Positions 36,549 to 48,489 of a DNA stretch of 64,000 bases are shown here, one piece after another. Origin of the DNA: Amoebophrya sp. A120 (lineage: Eukaryota; Protista; Dinoflagellata); the NCBI GenBank assembly GCA_905178155.1, contig CAJINV010000005.1, positions 922,564 through 986,563 on the forward strand, written 5' to 3'. The notes beneath the pieces are model-generated. The model was given only the letters and a program-made list of their open reading frames with translations. It ran no database searches and was not told where the DNA came from. A program made the position numbers and the translations under genes. Positions within the stretch are counted from its first letter, which is position 1; the number at the start of each line of letters is the position of its first letter.

Positions 36549-37238
36549 TGTTTTTCGTTCGGTCTTTCGGGCGATTTGGGTCACAGTCACAGTATGGGAA
36601 ATAAATTCGAAACAATCTACTTTTGGCGAAAGTGCTGTAGTATCAAATAAGGTTTTTCAAAACTCTCTTCTACTCGTATTCGGGTGAAAAAGTGGTCCTA
36701 CGTCTTCGAAATAAATCAAAAGTAAGAGGCTTGCTCGGTTATGACTTTGTCAAAACAGCCTGACACATCATGGGGTTACGACAGTGAGAATGAAATTTTC
36801 AGTTTTTGAGTTCTAGAACACGCGCACCCGGAAACGCTAGGGAAAAAACTACACGTAGACGCTACGTTGTTCTATGATTTTTGCTTTTCTTTTCTTGTTT
36901 CGGGTTATTTTTTTTCTTTTGATCTTCTTCCCTTCCTTTTTCGATTGCGCCGGCGCATTTTGGCGTAATCAAAGCCCGTAGAAAAGATCCAGAACCGAAG
37001 CCCTGAAAGCTCTCGTCGATCGTTTCCGTTAGTGAAAACAAAAGCAGCTCGGTTCATCAACATCGTGATACTATGCTAGCACTCAAAAGAGAGCGAAGCC
37101 ACTCGCATCACAGTCTGCAAGCAGCAGCTAGTGATGCCACGATTTGATCCTGCGCTATTCTTATTCTTATTCAAATGTCGCGTAAAAGTTATAAAGTAAT
37201 CATGTAAAGAGAAGCCGTGTGAGAAGACCACCTACTTT

Positions 37239-40200
37239 TTAGTCTTCCAGCACGAAGTACTTCCCGATTTCCTTCTGCTCCCGGTCTTTCACGGAGAGCA
37301 TTTTATTGATCCTTGGTCGGTAATTCGTCGGGTCGCGTCGGAAGGTGATGTCCAACTGCTGCAAGAACTGGTTCATACCCTCGACCAAGCTCTTCGGCGT
37401 GGTGGCCGTACACCGCACACCGGGCGTACCCTCGTAGACGATGACGCGATCGGCCAAATACGTGGCCATGATGAAATCGTGCTCGACGATGAAGGCGGTT
37501 TTTTTCGCGTGGAGGATGTACCGCTTGATGACTCGCGCGGCGACGATACGCTGCTCGACGTCCAAGTAGGCGGACGGCTCGTCGATTAGGTACATGTCTG
37601 CCGGTTTTCCGAGCGCGAGCACCAGGGCCACGCGCTGGAGCTCTCCACCTGTGGACGAAGTTGATGAGGGGTTTTATGTCTTGGGCACTTCTGAGGTGTA
37701 CTCACAAACAGTTATTCGCTATTGTTGTCACATGCGGGCGTACCTAGCCGAAGTAAAGATCCCGGCTTATATATTGCAACATGCAAAAAAATTCCTCCTG
37801 TAGTACCTGATAAGTGCTGCACTTCCTGGTCCTTGATTTGCTCGATCAACATGGGTTTGACCACGTCGGACTGGAACTGGGGATGCAGATACGACTCCCG
37901 AATCTTCCCGAGTAGCAACTGCTCGACCGTGCCCTGAAACTTCGCGGTGATGGTTTGCGGCTTGTAGGACACGTTCATCTTCGGCAGCTCCTCCTCTGCC
38001 TCGTCAGATTTCAGCAGACCCGCGAGCATTCTGAGATCGTTGGTTTTGGTGAAATTGAGACACAAGTGCAAAGCAATTTACATAACCAAGAGCAACATGC
38101 AATTCCTTGTTCGGGACGAAAATGTAACACAACACGGCAACTGCTGCAACAAAAATCAATACTCCGCAGTAGTACCTTATGAAAGTTGTCTTCCCGGTTC
38201 CGTTCTGCCCGAGCATGACGATAATTTCACTGTCGCAAAAGTTCCCCGCTTCCACCTCTAATATGAAGCCCTTGCCCTTTTCGCCCATTTGTTTTACCAG
38301 CGCGGGGTAGGGTACGTTGTGCATCCGTTCTTTCACAAGGGTGTCGTCGGCGGAGACTTTGAAGGTCAGGGAGACCTCGCGAAACCGCAAGTTCTCCGAG
38401 GGGAGAAAACCGTCCAGGAAGATGTTGATGCCTGTTTAGTCAGTTGTCGGAAGTGTTGCAACTTGGACTTTAGTAGCGAAAGCGATGCGTGCTTTCAAAA
38501 CAGACAGAACAAATTCAAATTTTAAACACGCAACGTGCAACTGCTTGTACACACCGCGATATAGCATCTACAAGTAAACAATTTTAACTTTAAGTTTCTC
38601 ATACCTTCTCGCACGCTGCTCGGCACGGACACCACACCATATGCGCCGGCGGCGCCCCAGAGACAGCAGACGTAATCGGACAAGTAATCCAGCACGGCCA
38701 AATCGTGCTCTACGACAATGATGTAGTTGTCGTCGCGCATGAGCGTTCGAATCACACGGGAGGCCGCCAGTCGCTGCTTTACATCCAGGTAGGAGGAATA
38801 TCAAATGTAAAAGTGTCTGGGTCTGGAAGAATGCATGTTTGTCATGCTTGTCTGACATGATTCTTAAATCTGTCATGCACGTTGCCCAAGAGCCGCACTT
38901 TTCTGTCATGCGGAGACGCAGTTTGTCATGCAGAATAGGCAACACCTACAAGCTCAGAAACTTGTCATGCTGAGCCAGCACTCGTGGCCTCCTCATGCTA
39001 CGCCACTCAGCATCACAAGTTTCCAGACCCAGACATTTTTGCATTTGATAAGGAAGGTTCATCGAACATGTACACCTGGGCGTCCAGAATCGCCACAACC
39101 AGGATGGCGAACCTGATAATGGAAAGTACAGCGTGGTAAAGTAGTCTTGTATCACGCTTATCAGCATTACAAATTCCACTCTACTTAATTTTGGGAAAGT
39201 TTGCGAAGCTCTGCATTATACAAGGTAAAAAATACCTTTGCAATTCTCCACCGGATAGGTCCTTCACTTCACGGTCGAGCAAATGGTCAATTTCGAGCTC
39301 TTTTGAAAGCGTGTCGGCGACTTTTCTCTCGTCCTTCATTTCCAAAATCTCGCCGACTTTTCCTGCGATCTGAGGTTTTATGAATTTTTTTTTCGGACTA
39401 AAATCAATCGGCGAGGAATAATTCCCAGGAGAAATACAGCCGATTTCAATTTCCTAAATGGGAGCGATGTCGGCAACTCGTTTTTTCAAGAAATTCTCGC
39501 TGTCCCCGCATCTTCCATAAAAAAAGATGAGCAATCTTATACATACCTTGTTCTTAAGCTGATCGACGTACTGCAGCTTGATTGTTGATTTGAGTTTGTC
39601 TTCCAACATCCTGCTAAAGAACGCCTGCAGTTCGCTTCCCCGGAAGTGCTGTAAGATTTCTGACCAGTCTGGTGGCTCGTCGTACCTGTTTTGAAGTTTG
39701 TGTGGTCGTCTTTCTTGAATAACCAACTTCTAGTCTACCCGACCACCAGCGCAGTGTGGTACGAACAATCTGTCGTCGCATGCATCGCCAAGCATGCAGC
39801 AGAAACAGCCGATGGAGAAATAGTAATAGAGTCTGCAAATAAATTCTGCTAAGCGTACCTTCCGAGATTTGGCTTCAATTTGCACGAAAGGACTTTCAAT
39901 GCGGTTGATTTTCCGATTCCGTTGGTTCCTACTAAACCCAGCACCTGCCCGGGTCGTGGCATGGGTAATCGGTGGAGCTTGAACGTGTTTGGCCCGTATC
40001 GGTGCGTGGTTTCCTTACCTAATTTTTTGATTTTTTTCTCATCGGGTAATTCATCTCGGAAGGATAAAGCACGGTAGTACCGCCCGCATCTTGCTACGCT
40101 CGATTGTCAAACGGCGTCAGAAGTTTCTTCTTCTGAAATATGTTGAAATAACAAATATCATTATACCCAAGTCCTTCGGCAAGTTGATGATGTTGATTGC

Positions 40201-40437
40201 CTCGAAGGGGCACTTCTTGACGCAGATACCGCAACCGATACAGAGTGACTCGGAGATCCATGCATTTTTGCTATCCCTGTCTGCTTCGACGCACATCTTC
40301 CCGGTTCTTACGACCGGGCAGTATTTCTTGCACTCCTGCTTGCACTTTTTCGGCTTGCACCTGTCTGCGCTGACGATGGCAATACGGAGCTTCTGCTCCG
40401 CGTCGCCGCCCTTGGCGGTTTCTTTCTTCTTACCCAT
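37239..40437 (-). CDS. ABCE1: ABCE1/RLI1 ribosome-recycling ATPase; 7 GT-AG introns plus 1 introner
   Basis: Fe-S domain [61 protein letters not shown] and DEPSAYLD. Confidence 0.97.
38799..39050. mobile_element. Introner, family A, in the ABCE1 Walker B/D-loop
   Basis: ~30-bp TIR with perfect TSD AGGAA; join [14 protein letters not shown]. Confidence 0.97.
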
Positions 40438-41796
40438 CGTTGATGTCCTCGGCTAGTAGTTGTTAATACGGGTCGACGTCCTGTCGTACTGGTTTCCTGT
40501 ACTAATTCCGATAAAGGCGCGCGCCTCTGCCCCGTCAGAGGCCGTTCCGGGACGCGGCCAAAAACTTTTGGCGTATTGGGTTGTCTTAGGCGAGGAAGAA
40601 AAAACTAATGCTGTTTTGATTTTATTTACTATGCACTTCGTGTGACTACTGATAGTACTATGTGAAATTGTGCTCTACTTTGTTGTGGTGTTCTAATTCA
40701 TCTGCACTCTGCAGTGCTCCTATGCTCTAGGGTGAAACTCCTTTCTTAATCCACTGTTGGTGTACTGTTGTCTAGCAGGCGAGGATTTGAAAATTTTTGA
40801 AACCAATCTGCTCGGCCTAAAAAACGATTTTCAACGAGGCGAGTAGACCTAGACATATTGGGCGTCTTCTATAATCGGTTTATACATTTCCTAGCCCAAG
40901 AGAAATCGATCCGCGGGTTTTGTAGTTGTGCTGCAGCTCGTTATTCATGAAGTCAAGCTGCAGTGGTCTACTTGGATATGATTTTGCATCTTCGGTCAAG
41001 TTCGTTTGGAAAAGAAGTAGAGATCATTCCAGATTAGAGCGTGGCAATCAATTGATTCGGTCGCGTCTAAAGGTTGGGTCGACGCGAGCAGGTTCTGCGC
41101 CTTTGTCTAAAGTTGTGATCTTCACAGCCACGAAGGGGGAACTTCTAACTCATGAAGCAACTGTAAACAAAGTAATTTAAACTTAAAAGCAATTCGACTA
41201 GCAAGTAAAATAAATCAAATCAAGACAATTTGTTTGGATTTCTGTTTGTTTCTAGCGAAGAACATTCACTTGTTGAAGAAGTCAGAAAAAAGTGCCTTTT
41301 TGCAGCGATGAAAACAACTGCAAGAAACCTTCGAGCTTCTTTCACTTTCTTTTCTTTGAATTATTGCGTCGCACTTCTTTGCAACATTTTTTCAAGAAAA
41401 ACCTATTCTGCCTACTAGGATTCGCTGTTTATTATCTTTTGTTGTATCCTTTTCAGCTCTGCTTTTCTCTGCTTGTTGAAGGCACCCAGGCCTGCTGCAG
41501 AGGTCGATGCAGCGCCAAATTTGGCGTCTGGCGGTCCCGTCCTCTTCTCTCCCCGGCTGTTTAGCGATTCCCGAGCGAGGCACATGTAGCTAATGAAGTT
41601 GCCCGCAAATGCATCGCGGACTAGCTCTGCGTCAGGTGGTGGCCTGAATAAGTGATTTTGATTCTTCATACAGAAAGCCTGCTTGTGGATGCTAGTATTG
41701 AATGAATCCTATCATACTGAATAAGTCCTATCATAGCAGACGCAGAGAGGCCGACGAAGCAAGGAGCATGTTTCTCATCGCACAAATTACAGTTTA

Positions 41797-42294
41797 TCAC
41801 CTGCCGACGTCCACGTCTTCCTGCACAGCGGGTTCATCGGCGTCGTCATCTCGGCAATCAACAATCAGCCTGCCACGGCTCTGCTGTCGTATGCGATAGC
41901 CTGACAGTGTTTCATCAGTGGGAGTGTGCTGGGCGCTGTGTAAGTAAAAACGATACCAGGAGTCGTGTGTAGTGAGTCCTCTCCTCAAAAAATCCCTGTT
42001 CAAACAAAAAAACCGCCTCTTCGATGTAGTACCACTGGACTCCGACTTCCCGACTTCCGGCGACCTGGATCGCCCCCGGTTCGTCTCCCGGAGCCCGCAG
42101 TCCGCTCGCAGATCCCGGGTTTTCCGCGGCCCGAGGCCCAGCTGCGGAAAGTTGCGCTCCTTGGATTGCTTCGCGAGCCGCTCGAGCGGCTTCAGCGCTT
42201 TTTCTGTGTTCTCCTTTTCCGCCTCGCTGATGCTGTCCACGTCTTGCACAACCCACTCCATGATCTTCTTCTTCGGCGACGGGTCTGACGGCAT
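41797..42294 (-). CDS. Hypothetical protein (probably first exon)
   Basis: ATG-initiated 165-aa ORF with coding-like composition; no recognisable motif. Confidence 0.5.
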   Translation of the reverse strand: MPSDPSPKKKIMEWVVQDVDSISEAEKENTEKALKPLERLAKQSKERNFPQLGLGPRKTRDLRADCGLRETNRGRSRSPEVGKSESSGTTSKRRFFCLNRDFLRRGLTTHDSWYRFYLHSAQHTPTDETLSGYRIRQQSRGRLIVDCRDDDADEPAVQEDVDVGR

Positions 42295-43268
42295 TATTAG
42301 GTTCTAGTTTTTCTTTCGCAAGTTTTTCTCCTTTTCCAAATTTCTATGGTCTACTCTCCGCTCTAAAAACGACGCTCCGGTGTGGTCGAGCGCAGCAAGC
42401 CCGTACTTCTTTTTCTTTCAAATGCTAGTCGCAAGGAAATGCAACCAAGCACCGTCGCTTTTGCTTCTCACGACCAGAATTCCCTCAAGAACTCCGCTCG
42501 ATGCGATTGTAATTGTCAGCTATGCAGAAGGACACTCGTTTTCATCTCAACGCAAGTTGAGAGATGAACAGGCATGCTGATGCTTTTAGAAATCTGTATC
42601 AGAGGTGCTATTGCACTCCCACGGGAAAAGCATGATCGTTTGTTATTGTTACAGTTTTCGAAAAAGACACTGTTGGCATGATAGTTGGGAGTCAAAATCG
42701 AAAACAGCTGCTACTTTTTCCTTATATCCTGAGTTACGAATGCAACGAATGTGCCGAGATCGTAGTCGCGAGACGGCCTATTAAAGTTTTCTGTAGTCGT
42801 AGTTGTGCCTTGTAAGAAAGCAACTTTTTTGTTTCAGAATTCGGTAGTGCGCGAAATTCAGCTTTTTACGTCGTCAAAGTGACGACTTCTATACAGGGTG
42901 AAACGAAAGAGCTAGGATACGTTTTTTTCAAGATCATCGTGCACTTAAACCGCTCAACAACTCGACAGGCAATTCCTGCGAAAAATAAACCACTCGTAGA
43001 AAATTTACTAAATCAATAGATAAACCGCTCGAAAGATGGTGAAAACATTTGGTCGTGTCGCAAAAATTTTAATACTCGGTTTGGTCATGCCACTCGGTCG
43101 AAAAAGAAACTGGAGATTACTAAATACATTCGTAAACCACTGCTATTAACGCCCAGGATCATAGTCATTTAGAGAAAATCTTCAATCAGTCACACAACAT
43201 CATCATTGTCACATTTAGTACACCGCCGGATGACTTTTATTTCCGTGAGGGCCTCTTAAGAGCCACAG

Positions 43269-45638
43269 TCAGTCGTGATCGGGACAGCACCGCTTGACCC
43301 ACTCGCCGTTCTCATCCACTCTGCCCCCCGTCACCATTCGGTTCGCGCCCTTCTTTGCCAGTCGTTTCATTTCCTTCTCCGCCTTCTTCTTCGCGTACTT
43401 CTCGGAATCCGCAAGACGAGAAGTAGAGCTGGATGCCTGCTGCCCTCCCCCGACACCCGCCTCCAACAAAGCCCTAGCGACAACCACCCCGCCGCTTCTC
43501 GCTCCGGCCAAGTTCAGCGCGTCGGCACCGAGCTGCAACTGCGCAAACGCGCTATCAAATGCAAAAATGTCTGGGTCTGGAAGATTGCGAGATTTGTCAT
43601 GCTTGTCTGGCATGACCAAAAAATTTGTGATGCGTGTCCGAGAAGAGACCCTTTCGCATGTCATGCAAAAACGCAGTTTGTCATGCGAAAAACGCAACAC
43701 AAAGAGGCGCAGATATTTCTCATGCTTGGCTGTGCATTACAGAGCATTCATTATTCCGAGCGCAGCATTACAAGTTTCCAGACCCAGACATTTTTGCAAT
43801 CCATACGCGCCCATCACGTACAACGGCACGTCCTTTGCCCACCGGAGATCGGGTTGGAGCTGCGGCAAGCCGTCGATGCAGGGGATGGGGTGTTGTTTTT
43901 GGAGCGCGGCGAAGACGGGCACCAGCTCCATATCAAAATTCCCCCCGGTCGCGAGCCAGACAAAGTCGAATTTTTGCAGTTTCCCGTCCTCAAACCGGAT
44001 GTGGATTTTTTGGTCGGAGGAGCACCAGTGTGCCTGAACCACCTCGTTTTCCTCGGTTAATTCCAAAGAGCCCATTTGCCTCTTCTCTCCCTCCTCGTCG
44101 TCGAACTTGTCGGACGAGCTTCTCGACCGAGATGACATGTTGATCAACTCCGAATAGGTGTCCGCGGACATGCTGCCGCCCGCCCGGAGCTTCGCGTTGA
44201 ACTCTTTTCTCCTCCGAAAGTCCTCCAGCTGCCAAAACTTCTGCAGAAAGTGCGGCCGGCGATATCCCACGTACGCGACGTCGACGTCGTAGGGCTTCTT
44301 CGTGATCTGCCGCCGCGAGCAGAGCGTCACGGCGGCGCAGCCGCGGACCAGGGCGAGCTGGGCTAAATGCGCAGAAGTTTGTCCGCCACCGACCACGAGA
44401 ACCTTTCGGTTTTCCAAAACTTGTTTGGAAATCGGTTCTCGCAGCCAGTTGCTGAGCGCCTGCGAGTGCTGCATGCGGTGGGGGATTGGAATCGGGATTT
44501 TGGAAGAGGAAGAGGAGGAGCGAGTACTGGCTTTGGTGGTTGCTGTTGGGCTTTGTCCATCTTGAAGGAGATCATTTTTCTTTGGGCTACTTTCCTCCGA
44601 CCTTCCATCCTCCGCGTCAAACTCGTCCACGATGTGATACTCCTCCGCGTCCTTTCCCGCTGCGGCCAACGCTTTCTCCAGCCCTTCCGCCCACCACGGC
44701 AGGGTCGCGCGCATGCCCTGGAACGCCGGACCCGGGCCCATCGCGCAGACGACGTGCTTTGCGAGGAATCTTCGGCCGTCGGCAAGGAAGACCTCGGAAA
44801 GTTTTTTGTTGTTCTTTTTCATCCCCGCCGGATTATTAGCCAGGCCAGCCGCAGATGGAGAAGGCTCTGTTGTCGTGCCGTTTGGCCGTTGTGTTCTTGT
44901 TTCCAAAGAATCTAGTTCAAGATCTTCCGGGCTGGCGGTACTGACTTGGTCCTCGTCTAGAAGATCATTCTCCTCCAAGATCCGCACCTCCTGCACGGTT
45001 CCCTTGGTCACGACGTCCCCCAGGCCGTACCGATCGACCACGTTCGCGCAGAAGTCCAAGAACAATTTCGTGCTCGGCGTGACGAAGGGCCCGTAGTAGC
45101 CCTTGTGGCGGCACTGGTCGCGGTCCACGCACCGCATCTCCCGGAGCTCCGCCTCCCGCCGCTGCATGTCCGCCCACACGGCGAGGGCTTGGAAGTCGTG
45201 GGGGTCCGGGTGGAGGTGCTCGTGTGACCGCAGGTGGTGGATCCCGAACGCGTCGAAGTCTGCCTCCCACTGCGCCATCCACCGCCCGTGCGTGTCCACG
45301 ACGAGGGTGGAGGTGGACGTGTTTTCAAATTTTTTCTTCAAGTGATTCCGGACCTGCGTGAACGACCGGAACCGCTTGCTGTTCTCCATGATGTAGCTCC
45401 TCTCCAACTCGGTCATCAAATCGGGCTCGTCGTCGATCAGCCGGGTGAGCAGCGACAGCGCGTGCGGCCCGGCGCCGATGACGAGCAGGTCGAGTGGGGT
45501 CGGGGGCTCCAGGTCGGTCAGGGACGCGGTGGTCTTCTGGTCGCACGGGCAGTCGGTCCCGCAAAAGGAGCTGCGCGAGGAAGACTCCGTCGCGGTGCCG
45601 GAGTCGCGCCGGCCGCCGGCGGAGCTGCTGCACGACAT
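43269..45638 (-). CDS. FAD/NAD(P)-binding oxidoreductase (lysine/ornithine N-monooxygenase-like fold)
   Basis: VIGAGPHAL, HLRS, VVGGGQTSA, WLATG and LYVMGA|FAQLQLGADALNLAGAR joined across an introner. Confidence 0.85.
43553..43805. mobile_element. Introner, family A
   Basis: Family A TIRs with perfect TSD CGCGC. Confidence 0.95.
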
Positions 45639-47243
45639 AATTCTGTATCGCGAAATAAAAGTGGAACCTCGGGACACTTGTTGTACGTCTTGGTCAAGGT
45701 ATTTGAGTGTTGTGTCTCCCAGTGTCGCTTCCAGTTCACTGGCGTGGGTGTCCTACTTCTAAAGACTAGAAATCCTCGGGCTGATCATAGTACTTAGCAG
45801 TCGAAAAATAATAAATTTTGTGCGCGGGAGAAGCTTTCTCAATCCTCGTAGAGCAGTTTTCAGTATGAGCGAAAAATTTCATCTGAGATTTTGGTCCGCT
45901 CCTTTGCTTCGGGAAAGATGAGGCACCATGACCATTTTTACCTGTGCTGCGCAGGGGTGAACACGCGACAAACGGACCATCAGCACCGGGCTTCGTGTCC
46001 CGCGTCTAAGGATCTGCGTCCGAGCCTTTCTTGTCATTCTGATCAATGATCGATCGCCTTTCCTGCTCTCCTAAAGTCAGCGCGAAACGACCACGGTGGG
46101 GAACTGCGAGCTGGCGGGACCTTCCCGATGGAGTATTGATGCAAAGCAGAAGTGGACAACGAAGACCAAGTGGCCGAGCGCCTCCTTGTGGCAGATCGCG
46201 CGGCCCAAGCCCGCACTTATATTGTGGCGCAGAGATAAACCGTGCCACCCTGCCAGCCCGCAGGCTATTTTCGCGAGTAGCCGCGGCCCGACAGAGGCTC
46301 CGCCGTTCCGCTAATGCCGCGACGGCGGGAAAGGACCACCGCGAGCCGCGGGGCCCCTGGGTATCCTTTTTTATTACCGAGCCGGACCCGGCGGTCGCGC
46401 GCAAGAACGGCGGGGCCGAGTTTTGGGCGTTCCCAAAAAAGCCGCCCGGACGCGGGCACCCTATGCGCGGGACGCCATTCCAGATTGGCCGAGATCCGCA
46501 GCTGCCGCGCGGTCTGGTATGCACAATCTGGCGAGCGATAGCGCCATGAAAAGCCGCGCAAAAGGTTGCGCGCCCCTCCCCGCGCAGGGGGCCGCTTTGT
46601 AAAGTCACCGGCCTGCGTCGCGAGGTCCGTGAAGTACCTGGTAAGCGAATCGGATAGCGATCGCGGGCCGCGTCTGCTGAGATGCTTAGCCTCCGCGCGG
46701 CTGACGCGCTGCCCTAACTCCGCGCCTGGTTCCCCAGTCATTTTCCGCGGGCTGGCACTATACTTCTGCATCGCAAGAAGATACGGAGCCCCTTGCTAAT
46801 CGATAGCGCTTGTTCACGCCAGACCTAGGCGGCACTGCAAGCATGCTCACTGTCCGTTTTAGAATAGGCTCCTACGTTGGGACCACCGCCATCCTCCCCT
46901 TGGTCAATCCAAGTTTTTCAGGAATTCTGAAAAAACATGAAAAAACAGGCGCCACAAGTTCTCAAGGGATAGGTCCAAAATCGGAAGCAAAACAGCTGGA
47001 AGCGCAATCTTTTTGTATCTTCAATCGTCCATCAAAGGTTTGCACTTCCCAAAACCTTGAAAAATTACATGTCTCAAAAAATGACAAAAAATTTCATTTT
47101 TTCAAAATTTTCAGAATTGAAGAAAATTGGCGATATTTAGCAGTGTACAAGAGGATTTGTGGGCACATCTATCCTATAGCTACTTACTAACAAGATGAAT
47201 TATGAGAAATATTCTACATATTACGCAACTCAAAATTTTTGAT

Positions 47244-48283
47244 TAGCAGAAATGTAGGATATTTCGATGGTGATGCGGGTGCTGCGCAAATTTCTACCAC
47301 AAATAAACCACCAAGCGGGAATTTTATGGAGTCAGATCAACAGCTACCCCTTACCGGCGCGGTGCTGGCGCTTTGTGTTTTTCCTGGTGGAATTGAATTT
47401 GGCGGCTGCGGTTGGGAACAGTTTGGCGGCGGTCATTCTGGGATCTTGCGGTATGTTCCTGGTCGCGCGGGAATATGCAGTGAAAGCGAGGTGGTGGAAC
47501 CAGTCCAAGCTTTTCCGGGGAAGTTTGCGTTGCTTTTGCACCGCAGTAGAAGGTTGTAAGAAGGCGGAAGAAGCAAGGCAAAGGAACTGCTGCTATTTTA
47601 GAACTAGTTTTATTGCATTTCTACAGTTTTGGTATCGCACTATTTGTAGGTCGTTTCGCACTACGTTTCGATCTTTGTTTCGCACTGAAAAATGCACTAC
47701 TCGCAAGGAAAACAGGCTTTTTCTATCTCTTGTCGCACTGTGTTTCAATAGGCTTTGACCGAACAAATACGACGTTGCAAAAGTAGAATGCCATCGTTTT
47801 TTGAGCGAACAAGTTAAGTATTTCGGTCTACTTTCTTCGAACTTACCATGCAAAAGAGCGAGCAGAACGCAAGAATTCGGACCTTTTCTTAGTTGTTTTT
47901 GATCGTAGACAACCAACAAACACTACTAGAAAACACGGGAAAGAGAGACTTTTTGTTGCTTGTCACTTAGCAGGAAAAGCGAAGGAAAGCTGAGAGAAAA
48001 ACTCACAAACTAACGATGATTTTGCCCTTTGTTTATGTGCGCCGAGGTTGGCTCAAGATTACTCTTGACCTTCCGAGGCGAAGAATTAAAACCAACGATA
48101 GCAGGCTGAAGAAACTTTTTTGTTGTTAAGGGAAACAACGAACGCGGGTTCTAGACTGAAAGGAAAAGACGAAAAGCGAATCGGTTGAAGCAAAAATCAG
48201 TGTACATTTGAAGTCGGTTTTGGAAAAAAAAAGCATCTCGCTTTGATCGATCGCTGAAAGAAAACAGTTTAGGATTTCTAATA
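47244..48283 (+). repeat. 5' LTR (TAGCAG...CTAATA)
   Basis: About 99% identical to 58897-59936 (8 differences seen by eye). Confidence 0.95.
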
Positions 48284-48295
48284 TGGTGAGGACGC
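48284..48295 (+). other. Putative primer-binding site TGGTGAGGACGC
   Basis: TGG directly after the 5' LTR; primer tRNA not assigned. Confidence 0.7.
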
Positions 48296-48489
48296 AGAGC
48301 GGCTCGGTGTAACCGTTACTACACGCAGCAGAAGACGACTTCACCTCTATCGACGATTCCGTCGCTTCGAACAATCAACAACACGGTGCGAAGGTTTTTC
48401 GCACCTCTACTCGAACTTTCTGAACTACGACGTGTTTTAGCCCGCATTTTGCGACGCGTTGAAACACTACTACACCTGGCAGCATAACC

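Noticed and set aside
39113-39235. GCATTACAA motif inside a canonical ABCE1 intron
   Set aside because: A single copy with no TIR or TSD; could be chance.
42725-42919. TATCCTGAG...CTAGGATA possible family B relic
   Set aside because: Very short TIR, TSD only 3/5, and no host frame to test.
17348-43800. Recurring peptides such as [24 protein letters not shown] and GGGIFHC in many short ORFs
   Set aside because: They are translations of introner TIRs, not a protein family.
47267-47919. ORFs of 163 and 108 aa duplicated at 58920-59572
   Set aside because: They lie inside the LTRs, so duplication explains their identity; no motifs seen.
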